Source: a virus. Taken from it: a stretch of DNA of 64,000 bases. The stretch lies in the IMG/VR virus record IMGVR_UViG_3300046733_001096, positions 1-64,000 of that record; one strand, 5' to 3'. Below, piece by piece: positions 40,586 through 49,354 of the stretch (position 1 is its first letter; each line of letters opens with the position of its first letter). The notes beneath the pieces were generated by a model. That model made no database searches. It saw nothing but the letters and a program-made list of their open reading frames with translations, and was not told the DNA's origin. A program made the position numbers and the translations under genes.

Positions 40586-41241
40586 TTTTTAACAAACGCA
40601 GGATCAAGCCATTCGTTTAATGTATCAGGTCTAGAAACTACTACAATATAATCTGCGTTGGCTTTAAGTTTGCTATATGCGTCAGTCAACTGGCCTTTCC
40701 ATGGAGCACCTACGCAGAGTGTAATCTTTTCTTGTGGATCAGGATCAATACTGTGAGCATGACTTCCATCTAATACGTAACTATCATAGTTTCCTGGCAT
40801 GTAAACTTTGTTTAGTTTTTTATCTAAAAAATATAGTTTATTAATAGCACCATTTAGCACTAGTCTATATTTGTCCTGCAATGTACCAATTTCTTCTTTT
40901 GTACTGTCTAAATGTGTATGTAATCCTGTATTAGGAGCAGTTCGTAGAATTGTAACTCTACCCGGAGGCTCCATCCATGGAAATATTTTTTCTTCTAATA
41001 CATGTTGCATAACAGGACATTGATTGCCGGCTGACGTATAATTAAATTCACCGTTTGTAGTATTATGATTGGGGTCCCTACCACCTAGTCTACCACCACC
41101 GTTCCATATTGCAATCATTCTGCAACCTCTGAATTCATTGTAGTGGTGCACATCATCAGAAAGTGCAAGCACTTCATCAAGCATTGCTTGTTTCTCTTCT
41201 TTAGTTACACCTATGTCAACTGCACCAAACGTAAATTTCAT
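40582..41241 (-). CDS. Fe/2OG oxygenase-like protein
   Basis: GRVTILRT.P..GLHTHLD...DGSHAHS. Confidence 0.6.
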   Translation of the reverse strand: MKFTFGAVDIGVTKEEKQAMLDEVLALSDDVHHYNEFRGCRMIAIWNGGGRLGGRDPNHNTTNGEFNYTSAGNQCPVMQHVLEEKIFPWMEPPGRVTILRTAPNTGLHTHLDSTKEEIGTLQDKYRLVLNGAINKLYFLDKKLNKVYMPGNYDSYVLDGSHAHSIDPDPQEKITLCVGAPWKGQLTDAYSKLKANADYIVVVSRPDTLNEWLDPAFVKK

Positions 41242-41249
41242 GTTGCCTC

Positions 41250-41972
41250 TTAATTAGTTTTGATTAATTTAATAAACCATTTAGTTGGATCAAACTGCCA
41301 CCATTCTTGTCCAATAGCCCAACTGCCTGCCCGTCTGTGATGATTTTTGTGCCAACCTTCACCTGCTGTTAAGATATTTGCTATCCAACTATTATTAGGT
41401 TGAGCACCTCTGTGTCCTAGTATATTAAGTATTCCATATCCATGAAATGCTAGTACAACCGGTATTGCATATCCAAATATCATAAACAATGGATCAATTG
41501 CTGTAAACAATATAATAATGGCAATATTTAAATAAAAGTAATATTTGTGGAACCATCTTAGGATTTTGTCTTGTAATAAACGTTTAATGAATTTGCGTTT
41601 AATTTTAAAACCATATCCCCATGTGTTTACATATACTGCCCACATACCTTTGACACTGTGACTGTGTGGGTCTAGTTCTGTATCACTATGAGCATGATGT
41701 TGTCTGTGTGTAGCAGCCCAAGTCATTGCAGGACCAGCACCAGCAAACATACCTAATATATTTACTGCCCACGGATACCATTTGCCTGTTTTAAAACTAT
41801 TGTGCGAATAGTATCGGTGATAACCACCACTAATTGCTACAATTGCGATAATATACCACCAAAATAAAGATATAGAAAACATCCACAATTCACCATATAA
41901 AAATGCTGGAATCAACATTACGTGACAAAATGTATGATTTATAAGTAATTTTGTTGTATTTTCCATATACAC
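41250..41972 (-). CDS. Membrane fatty-acid desaturase (Delta-9/DesC-like)
   Basis: His boxes HRYYSH, HRQHH, GEGWHKNHH; DPHS; WWQFDP. Confidence 0.92.
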   Translation of the reverse strand: MYMENTTKLLINHTFCHVMLIPAFLYGELWMFSISLFWWYIIAIVAISGGYHRYYSHNSFKTGKWYPWAVNILGMFAGAGPAMTWAATHRQHHAHSDTELDPHSHSVKGMWAVYVNTWGYGFKIKRKFIKRLLQDKILRWFHKYYFYLNIAIIILFTAIDPLFMIFGYAIPVVLAFHGYGILNILGHRGAQPNNSWIANILTAGEGWHKNHHRRAGSWAIGQEWWQFDPTKWFIKLIKTN

Positions 41973-41975
41973 TTC

Positions 41976-42347
41976 CTAATAATTCATTTGTGATTCAGTT
42001 GAGTTGTATTCTGCCTCTGTTATAGTCTCGATGTCACTTATTACTAAATATTCATCAAATGATTGCAATAACATTGTTAGATCATAATGCATAGCAGATG
42101 CGTGATTCTCATATCGGTAGTAATTGGTCTGGACAACCCTACAACCGTCATCTATTCTGGTAGTTTTTCTATTATCACTAGTTTCAAGCTCTTCTTCATC
42201 AGCTAGCCGATCTAACAGTTTAGTGAACTTAGGTAAACCAATTTTTTCTTCAAACCACACCAGGTATTGGTCATGTGTTTTTCCATCGGGGTAATCTATT
42301 GTAACTGTAAATTTATATGCCATTTTTGTTTTCCTTTTGTTCATCAT
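41976..42347 (-). CDS. Hypothetical protein
   Basis: Operon context. Confidence 0.5.
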   Translation of the reverse strand: MMNKRKTKMAYKFTVTIDYPDGKTHDQYLVWFEEKIGLPKFTKLLDRLADEEELETSDNRKTTRIDDGCRVVQTNYYRYENHASAMHYDLTMLLQSFDEYLVISDIETITEAEYNSTESQMNY

Positions 42348-42762
42348 GCCATTTACTATATCTGTCTACTGCAAGCATAAGTGTATTATGTGTATCATCA
42401 AACCAATCTTGAACACGATAGTCTATATTAATTGGTGGTTGAAATATTTGATTAGTATCATCATATATGCTTTCTTTGATGGTGTCCATCCATACTACGA
42501 AATCTGCATTAAATGCTTTTCTATTTTCATCCAATGGACAGATAAAGTCTGCAACAACAGTTTTTCCGGCAAGTTCAATTCCATCTGCTAAATGACGCAT
42601 ACGTTCTGCTTGTCGTATACGTCCTTGTATACTAAAGTCCCAATCATCATACATTGTTCGCACATTATCTGCATTTAGCCATACTCCATTAATTAGTTTT
42701 GAAAAGGGTTCGGCCAACGTCGATTTGCCACTTCCTGGTAATCCACAAATTAATATTTTCAT
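42313..42762 (-). CDS. Adenylyl-sulfate kinase-like P-loop kinase
   Basis: GLPGSGKST, NADNVR, DFS..GR, DFICP, FQPP. Confidence 0.75.
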   Translation of the reverse strand: MKILICGLPGSGKSTLAEPFSKLINGVWLNADNVRTMYDDWDFSIQGRIRQAERMRHLADGIELAGKTVVADFICPLDENRKAFNADFVVWMDTIKESIYDDTNQIFQPPINIDYRVQDWFDDTHNTLMLAVDRYSKWHDEQKENKNGI

Positions 42763-42830
42763 ATGTTATTATATCCAAAAAAGTAAAATGGTCTGAACAT
42801 TGTTCTGAACATTGTTCAGACCATCATTTA

Positions 42831-43181
42831 TTATTTTCCTTTGTTTACGAAATTGTAAAATTGTTGCGCTGCTTCAAGAATTTGTTCTGTTCCTGGAACT
42901 TCTGGCATTTCTACCTTTGTCACAACTTCATCGTGCTCTTTTCGAACAGATGTTTCAAACATGCCATATTTTGCATAATAGTCTTGCCACATTTGTGATT
43001 GTGCCATTTCTAATACTTGAGTACGAATTTCATAACCATTTTTATTAAAAGTTACTTTAGGAAGTGAAGGAGGTGTCATTTTCTGAAATGCTTCTGTAAA
43101 TGCCTCTGGTTTCATTCCTGTGTTTTTGTATAAATCGCTGAATTTTTCAGCCATTTCTGTCATTTGTTTAATATCGAACAT
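42831..43181 (-). CDS. Conserved phage hypothetical protein
   Basis: NGYEIR..VLEMA...P..EQILEAA.QFYNFV pattern (recalled from marine T4-like phages). Confidence 0.65.
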   Translation of the reverse strand: MFDIKQMTEMAEKFSDLYKNTGMKPEAFTEAFQKMTPPSLPKVTFNKNGYEIRTQVLEMAQSQMWQDYYAKYGMFETSVRKEHDEVVTKVEMPEVPGTEQILEAAQQFYNFVNKGK

Positions 43182-43214
43182 ATTGTTTTCCTTTGTGTTT
43201 ATGTGTGTGTGTAG

Positions 43215-43481
43215 TGTAACTATTCTGTTGCTAGGTCAGTTACCAACCCCCACGTGCTTAAATTAAGCCGCTAATGCCATTTCTGGCGCATAATTTGCGT
43301 TTGCAATTATAAAGTTTGTTCGCGGTAACGGCGCTTACATCCCGGTAACTCCATTCATCTATCTTGTCAGTCGATCCTAGTTCAGCCCCATCAAAAGCAC
43401 ACTTATCTAAATGTGTTTATGGTGGAGCTGCGCGGTACTGCCCCGCGGTCCTGTCCAATCATCAAATCACTTCAACGTTAC
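43215..43481 (-). ncRNA. ssrA: Circularly permuted (two-piece) tmRNA; tag ANANYAPEMALAA at 43263-43304
   Basis: T-arm CGCGG-GGCAGUA-CCGCG and CAGCUCCACCA (ends 43420) precede a 30-nt spacer and the GGGGCUGAA..GAUCGAC end (43389); resume context AUAAUU-GCAAAC; tag ends LAA-stop. Confidence 0.93.
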
Positions 43482-43487
43482 ATTCTA

Positions 43488-43516
43488 TTTATAACATATT
43501 TTAATAGCGTTGTCAA
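43488..43516 (-). promoter_or_regulatory. tmRNA promoter (sigma70 plus overlapping TATAAATA box)
   Basis: TTGACA-N17-TATAAATA. Confidence 0.75.
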
Positions 43517-43519
43517 TAG

Positions 43520-43547
43520 AAAAGGCAGTGCGTCGATTCACTGCCTT
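43520..43547 (-). terminator. Terminator after 43554..44525
   Basis: AAGGCAGTG-N8-CACTGCCTT plus U-tract. Confidence 0.7.
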
Positions 43548-43553
43548 CCACTA

Positions 43554-44525
43554 TTAAAGTCCGTTAGGTACAATGATATAATGAATCATCAGTACTAGTG
43601 CCACAGAAGCACCAAGTCCTACCATCATTTTACCAAAGTCTTTTGCTACTAGCGGAAACACACTCTTTGTTTTCTTCTTGCCAAAGTATGTAGCCATAGC
43701 CAACTCACGTCCTGCTAATAAGCCAACAAACACCCAAGTTGTACTCATTGGAATGTCGTTTAGTTCTTTAAAGAAGTACAAGCACAACCAATAGAACAAG
43801 TCAATCAGCGTTGCACTGCGCACATAACGTGTGTTATGTTTCTCTAATACAATCTGTTGTATCTTACCGCCACGTTCTCTAAACATAAAGAACAAGCCTA
43901 CTACAAACACTGCACTGATAAACACCATTAAGTCAACTGGAATAACTCTTGGTAAGAACACTGCAATATTGGCAATGTCGTGTGATAACCAAGTCCACCA
44001 CAAGCCGCCTGTTGCTACCCATTGTGCAATACGCCAGTAGTTCTTGTTGCTTTCGCTAACTGGCTTTGTTTCATCGTACCATTTGCCAAAATATTTGTGT
44101 ATTGTAAACCATACTACATATGCAAAGCCTGCTGCAACACCATAGCCCATGATTGATTTCATCAGCATCTTCTCAAGCACAAAGGTACTTGCGAACACAG
44201 ACAACACTAGAAATGATGTTGATACTGGCACACCCATTCTAGTTAGTGCAACTAGAATAAGAGGTGCTGCTGCATGATACCATTGCACTTCTTGCCAGGG
44301 TATCTTGTTTAGTCTTCCGTAACTGATGTCTCCACCATTTACACTCCAGCCATACCATAGTGTGGCTAATAGGACAGCGGATGCTGCGATCCATAATGTT
44401 TTGTAGTTAAATCTCTCATTGTTTGATGCCATCCATGTACCGAGAGTTTGTACTGAATCATTTGCTATTACTGCATAGGCAGCAAGTAGGAACCCTGTCA
44501 GGCTCCATAAAGTGAGTGCGTCCAT
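43554..44525 (-). CDS. Multi-pass membrane transporter, PiT/PHO4-like
   Basis: ANDSVQTLGT and HDIANIA repeats, PVSTS and PMSTT motifs, ~9-10 TM segments. Confidence 0.6.
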   Translation of the reverse strand: MDALTLWSLTGFLLAAYAVIANDSVQTLGTWMASNNERFNYKTLWIAASAVLLATLWYGWSVNGGDISYGRLNKIPWQEVQWYHAAAPLILVALTRMGVPVSTSFLVLSVFASTFVLEKMLMKSIMGYGVAAGFAYVVWFTIHKYFGKWYDETKPVSESNKNYWRIAQWVATGGLWWTWLSHDIANIAVFLPRVIPVDLMVFISAVFVVGLFFMFRERGGKIQQIVLEKHNTRYVRSATLIDLFYWLCLYFFKELNDIPMSTTWVFVGLLAGRELAMATYFGKKKTKSVFPLVAKDFGKMMVGLGASVALVLMIHYIIVPNGL

Positions 44526-44624
44526 ATTATTTCTCCTCTGCTTGATGGCTTTACCCCATCGCTCACGTTAAAGATAGGCTCGACGTTGCCTACACATTAT
44601 TTATAACATATTATAATGGTAATT

Positions 44625-45203
44625 TCAAGTGTTAAATTTATTCTTAATAATTTCAACCACTCTGTCAGATAGAACTATCTCATAATGATTTCTATCTACT
44701 TCTGCATATTCTATATCGTCACGGCAAGTCATACTTTTACGTGTGACAATACCATCATTCTTACCTGATATCCATGGTACATCGCCAACTGTTGTGACTA
44801 CCTGAAGCCAATTACACGAAATATCAATATTACGACTGCCTCTGATAAATCTACTATGTGTTGTAATGTCACTAAACATTTCATAGCCTGAAAAGAACTT
44901 CATAGAAGCACCCCACACAGCAATCTCACTGCCATTAAAAGGTGTTGCCAAACTAACAACATTCTTTATTGTATCAAATTCACTTTGTAAATAAGTTGCA
45001 TATACACCGCCAAGACTATGTGCTATTACAAAAAATTCATCGTCTATATTATTTAAAGTTTCCATCATTATAGCAAGATTATCAATTGCTGCAGTATATT
45101 TACTATAATTCAAATATATAGGATCTTTACAATTCAACGATTTCTGAATGAAGGCAAAACTTCGTTCACTTGCAGTTGCACCATGTATATACACTATTCT
45201 CAT
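44625..45203 (-). CDS. Alpha/beta hydrolase
   Basis: YIHG, AHSLGG, LATPFNGS, NDGIV, NH. Confidence 0.85.
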   Translation of the reverse strand: MRIVYIHGATASERSFAFIQKSLNCKDPIYLNYSKYTAAIDNLAIMMETLNNIDDEFFVIAHSLGGVYATYLQSEFDTIKNVVSLATPFNGSEIAVWGASMKFFSGYEMFSDITTHSRFIRGSRNIDISCNWLQVVTTVGDVPWISGKNDGIVTRKSMTCRDDIEYAEVDRNHYEIVLSDRVVEIIKNKFNT

Positions 45204-45207
45204 TCAT

Positions 45208-45903
45208 TCAAGTCCTGATAATGTTATGCTTGCGATCCATAAACATCTTTGCTGTTTCAACTGCTACTGCTGCATCCCTGCAATACGCATCTGCGCCAAT
45301 TGCTTTTCCAAATTCTTCATTCAATGGAGCACCTCCTACTAATATAGTATAATCATCACGCATACCCTTTTCAGTCATTACATCAATAACAACCTTCATA
45401 TATGGCATCGTTGTTGTAAGTAACGCACTCATACCTAATATATCTGGATTATGTTCTTCAATTGCATCAAGGTAAGCCTGTACATCATTATTAATACCAA
45501 TGTCATATACATCAAACCCAGCACCTTCCATCATCATGCCAACTAGATTTTTGCCAATGTCATGTATGTCACCTTTAACTGTACCGATAACCATAGTTCC
45601 AACTTGTGGTGCACCAGTCTCAGCAAGAAGCGGTTTGAGAATAGACATTCCACCTTTCATTGCATTTGCTGCTAGTAATACTTCTGGAACAAATAATATA
45701 CCATCACGGAAGTCTATGCCCACAATAGTCATTCCAGCAACTAATGATTCTGTCAATACACGATATGGTTCCCAACCACGTTCTAAAAGAATATTAGTAC
45801 CGTCTTCGACTTCCTCTTTGAGTCCATCGTAGAGATCATCCCCCATTTGAATTACAAGTTCATCATCAGATAACTCTGACAATATAATATCATCATCTTC
45901 CAT
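45208..45903 (-). CDS. Stand-alone corrinoid (B12)-binding protein, cap + cobalamin-binding domains
   Basis: FVPEVLLAANAM, GTVKGDIHDIGKNLV (DxHxxG), SALLTTT, VGGAP. Confidence 0.92.
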   Translation of the reverse strand: MEDDDIILSELSDDELVIQMGDDLYDGLKEEVEDGTNILLERGWEPYRVLTESLVAGMTIVGIDFRDGILFVPEVLLAANAMKGGMSILKPLLAETGAPQVGTMVIGTVKGDIHDIGKNLVGMMMEGAGFDVYDIGINNDVQAYLDAIEEHNPDILGMSALLTTTMPYMKVVIDVMTEKGMRDDYTILVGGAPLNEEFGKAIGADAYCRDAAVAVETAKMFMDRKHNIIRT

Positions 45904-45949
45904 TTCTGTTCCTCACTTATATAGATTATTATATCTATTTATAAGCAAT

Positions 45950-45984
45950 AAAAAAAGGGGACTGTTATAAACAATCCCCTTTTA
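45950..45984. terminator. Terminator after the porin gene
   Basis: AAAAAAAGGGGA..TCCCCTTTTT. Confidence 0.7.
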
Positions 45985-46004
45985 TAATTTATAACTTTAT
46001 TATA

Positions 46005-46778
46005 TTAGAATGCAAAACTTAGTGTAACTGATGGTGTTACTGTTTCATCATCTACATTATAGTTAACATCTGTTTCTACAACAACATCAGAAAAACCAAA
46101 CTCATGTCCTACACCGACGTTTTCTAGTAAATCGTCTTCATCACCATTGATATATGTTGTTAGACCATATGTACTAACAGTAGAATCTAATTCATATGCG
46201 AATGTATCTGTTTCATATGATACAGTCGTACCAAGTGCAACACCTGTAACTTCTACAGTATCAACCCGTGCACCCCAAGTATATTCTTCAGATGTGCGAT
46301 TATAATCCATAGATGCAGTTACATCTGCAACTACCAAATCAACATTATATGCAAGTTGTACATTTGACACTTCGGTAACATCAGTTGTGATATCAGTGAA
46401 ACCAACTGCTACAGCGGCTGGGCCGTATGATAATGCCAATGATTCATCAATAGTTGGTTCTGCGATTGATGAAAAGTCGGATGTTGCTTCTACAAAAATA
46501 CCGTCTTGGTCACCAAATGTTACGGTTGCATCTGCAACTTCTGTGCCAACATGCCATTTATCTAGTTCGATTGTGTCACCGTCAACTGATTCAAAATCTA
46601 GTCCAAGAGTTGCTACGCCTTCGCCCGCATCAACATCAATACCGATTGTGGTTGTTGCTTCATACTTATCAGTTGTTTCATTTTCAGCAACTTTCATTTC
46701 TACAGAAGCACCAAGATCAGCAGAAAATGAAGTTGTAGCCATTAAAATAGTAGCTACTGTTGTTAGTAATAGTTTCAT
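46005..46778 (-). CDS. Outer-membrane porin-like beta-barrel
   Basis: Signal peptide, alternating beta-strand pattern, acidic, C-terminal VTLSFAF (terminal Phe). Confidence 0.7.
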   Translation of the reverse strand: MKLLLTTVATILMATTSFSADLGASVEMKVAENETTDKYEATTTIGIDVDAGEGVATLGLDFESVDGDTIELDKWHVGTEVADATVTFGDQDGIFVEATSDFSSIAEPTIDESLALSYGPAAVAVGFTDITTDVTEVSNVQLAYNVDLVVADVTASMDYNRTSEEYTWGARVDTVEVTGVALGTTVSYETDTFAYELDSTVSTYGLTTYINGDEDDLLENVGVGHEFGFSDVVVETDVNYNVDDETVTPSVTLSFAF

Positions 46779-46925
46779 TATTATATTTCCTTTTAAACAA
46801 AAAATATGAGCAGGTATTAACTGCTCATACTACTCTACTTATACTAATATAATACATTTTTGCTTAATTATCAAGAGGGTATGAAACTAATACTGACGAT
46901 TGTGTTATTTATATCACACCTTAAA

Positions 46926-47177
46926 TTATGCTTTTGTTTTTTTCTTTGCCTTGGGTTTTGCCTTAGATTTAGTTTTGGTGGCTATCTTTTTTGGTTTAGT
47001 AGTTGATATGATTTTTTTATCATACCAACCCCACCGTTTTAATAATGGTTCAACCGCGTGTTTAACCTGCGAATCGTTCCAATTATATAACTTTTTGACA
47101 TCATTAAAAAGTTTATCTTTATCATCATAGATATCTATCATATTAATAATGTTTTTATCTATGTCTATCCAATTCAT
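46926..47177 (-). CDS. Small protein with Lys-rich tail
   Basis: ORF coupled to the upstream small ORF. Confidence 0.55.
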   Translation of the reverse strand: MNWIDIDKNIINMIDIYDDKDKLFNDVKKLYNWNDSQVKHAVEPLLKRWGWYDKKIISTTKPKKIATKTKSKAKPKAKKKTKA

Positions 47178-47329
47178 TCAGATTTCCAGATAGTCCAGAT
47201 GCCATAAGCAATCGCTGCATACGCAATTAAATCAACTGGTACAATAAGCATTGCGATCCCAGTTGCAACCAATGCAGCACCGTCGAGTGTTGTACGTTCT
47301 TTTAGTCTATTTTTAATCCAATTAATCAT
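47174..47329 (-). CDS. Small membrane protein, holin-like (51 aa, not in ORF track)
   Basis: MINWIKNRLKERTTLDGAALVATGIAMLIVPVDLIAYAAIAYGIWTIWKSE; RBS GAGGAG. Confidence 0.55.
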   Translation of the reverse strand: MINWIKNRLKERTTLDGAALVATGIAMLIVPVDLIAYAAIAYGIWTIWKSE

Positions 47330-48251
47330 TTTTTTTCTCCTCTAATAATTTATTATAAAATAGTTCTTCATCTGGACAATTATTATGTTCAATTTGAATA
47401 GTTGTATGTACTATTTTATAATTATCGATTAACAGTTTCTTGGTATTATATATTGTATCATCACATTCGCCATCATCCAATATATTAATGTGCATAGCGG
47501 CTGAAATTTGCCCGCTTGCTAATTCCCATATATGTATATGGTGAACATTATTAACATGATCCACATTTGTCATAATGTCTTTTACTATAACATCAATGTC
47601 GATATGTTCTGGTTTTCCAGTCATTAGTATTCTAATACAATCTTTTAATAATTCCCATCCACTTTTTAATATTAAACTGGCAAGGACTACACTTATAATA
47701 GGATCAATATAATACCAATCAGTAAAGTATATAACAATACCACCAATTATAGCACCGACACTGCCTAAAATATCAAGTAAGATATGAAGTATCACCCCAC
47801 GCATATTGATATTGTGTCCATCATGATGATGATGCACTACTTTAAATAATATCAAATTAACGATTAGTCCAGTGATTGCGATTGGCAACATCCAATATAT
47901 ATCAACCATTTCAGGATTTAATATTCTATATATTGCTTCATATATTATATACGCAAATAGTCCTATCCACATTAACGCATTTAAAAATGCAGCAATAACT
48001 TCCGCTCTCATAAATCCATATGAGTATGTTTCAGTTGGTGGTTTGCGACCTATCCAAAATCCAAATACTGCGATAATCATTGCCAATGCGTCAGTTGAAA
48101 GATGTAATGCATCACTTAGTAATGCAAGTGAATTACTTATATGAGCACCAAATAATTCAATGACAACAAACATTACTAAAATTAAAATGCTTATTTTTAG
48201 TGCACGTTCTTCTTTGCCTGCTTTTCTGATATGATACTGATTATGTTTCAT
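47322..48251 (-). CDS. Cation diffusion facilitator (CzcD/ZitB-like)
   Basis: SLALLSDALH..TD, YGFMRAE, His-rich loop, HILLDILGS, HHIHIW, HTTIQIE. Confidence 0.92.
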   Translation of the reverse strand: MKHNQYHIRKAGKEERALKISILILVMFVVIELFGAHISNSLALLSDALHLSTDALAMIIAVFGFWIGRKPPTETYSYGFMRAEVIAAFLNALMWIGLFAYIIYEAIYRILNPEMVDIYWMLPIAITGLIVNLILFKVVHHHHDGHNINMRGVILHILLDILGSVGAIIGGIVIYFTDWYYIDPIISVVLASLILKSGWELLKDCIRILMTGKPEHIDIDVIVKDIMTNVDHVNNVHHIHIWELASGQISAAMHINILDDGECDDTIYNTKKLLIDNYKIVHTTIQIEHNNCPDEELFYNKLLEEKKND

Positions 48252-49164
48252 TAGTTTTTTTCTTTATATTATATAGTTCTCTGATACCATTTTCAATACT
48301 GATAGATGGGCTCCATCCAAGAAGTTTACTTGCTTTAAATATGTCAGCAAGTGTTTCACTCGCATATCCTTTGGGTTTCTCTTGATATTCTATTTCTAGA
48401 TTAGGAAAAAACTCTCGCAATATTTCAACTACTTGATTTACAGAAACGTTTTCTCCTGTCCCCACATTAAAAATTTCACTCTTTACTTTAGATTCCATAC
48501 TTGCAATACATGCACGTGCTACATCACTAACGTGTATGTAATCTCTTCTATATTCACCATCACCGTGGACTGTCAATGGTGTATTTTCATTAGCCATGCG
48601 ATAAAATCTACTAATCATTAATCCATTGGTATCATCCGATGGCTGTTCATCGCCATATACTGTGAAAAAACGCAATACATTATAATTTAGTCCAAAAACG
48701 TTTTTATATTGTTTACACAATTGCTCACCAAATAACTTAGTCATTGCATAATAATTTAATGGATCAGGTTTATGAAATGGTTTATGAGGTATGGGATTAT
48801 TTCCATATATACTTGATGAACTTGAAAACACAAATTTACGAATTCCCACCGCGTGTGATGCAGTCAACATATTACGTGTTCCAGTAACATTTATATCAAA
48901 ATATAAGTCCGGATCAATAAAACTATCTGGTATTCGTGTCTTTGCTGCCAGATGAATAACAAAATCTTTGCCAGCAGTTGCCATTATGCACTTGGCGGCA
49001 CTTTGTATGTCGCCCTTAATATACTTTACCATTTTAAAATCATTGGGCTTTTCAGCAATGTCCAAAACAGTTACTTCATAACCTTTTCTTAATAATTGCC
49101 TGACAACTTCTCTGCCCACAAAACCAGCGCCGCCAGTTACAAGAACTTTACCTTTTGCTAACAT
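48241..49164 (-). CDS. NAD-dependent epimerase/dehydratase
   Basis: TGGAGFVG, HLAA, SSSSIYG, YAMTK, RFFTVYG, RDYIHVSD. Confidence 0.92.
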   Translation of the reverse strand: MLAKGKVLVTGGAGFVGREVVRQLLRKGYEVTVLDIAEKPNDFKMVKYIKGDIQSAAKCIMATAGKDFVIHLAAKTRIPDSFIDPDLYFDINVTGTRNMLTASHAVGIRKFVFSSSSSIYGNNPIPHKPFHKPDPLNYYAMTKLFGEQLCKQYKNVFGLNYNVLRFFTVYGDEQPSDDTNGLMISRFYRMANENTPLTVHGDGEYRRDYIHVSDVARACIASMESKVKSEIFNVGTGENVSVNQVVEILREFFPNLEIEYQEKPKGYASETLADIFKASKLLGWSPSISIENGIRELYNIKKKTNET

Positions 49165-49279
49165 ATGAATTCTTTCTTAATTTCTTGATTCAACATATTT
49201 AGTCTATTAACGTTTGTATCATTATAACAGAATAATAACCAAATAGCAAGCATTATTTAACTTGACGGAGTGTCACAGT

Positions 49280-49354
49280 TGCACTACACGCATACCGAGT
49301 CTTCGCAAAATGCAGTTGTTTTTAGTGTTTTTTAGTGTTATATTACTATAAATA
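49280..49354 (+). promoter_or_regulatory. Promoter with tandem LysR-type T-N11-A boxes plus a TATAAATA box
   Basis: TGC-N7-GCA (49280-92), TTC-N7-GCA (49302-14), TTGTTT-N17-TATATT, TATAAATA 49347-54. Confidence 0.55.

Noticed and set aside
42788-42824. 12-bp tandem duplication TCTGAACATTGT inside an inverted repeat
   Set aside because: Most simply a hairpin/terminator with a slippage duplication; only two units, not CRISPR-like.
43420-43450. tRNA gene suggested by the T-arm and CCA end
   Set aside because: No anticodon arm; the GGGGCUG acceptor strand lies downstream and a tag ORF follows, so it is a permuted tmRNA.
44540-44570. Fluoride riboswitch (GCGAUGG...GCCAU)
   Set aside because: Lacks the downstream UGAUG.C.CU pseudoknot element, and the gene is not crcB-like.
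25761-49164. Bacterial chromosome origin for the many host-like genes
   Set aside because: They are interleaved with phage structural genes, T4-like late boxes and phage-type hypothetical genes, and they lack their usual operon partners (clpP, other atp genes, rpmI-rplT).
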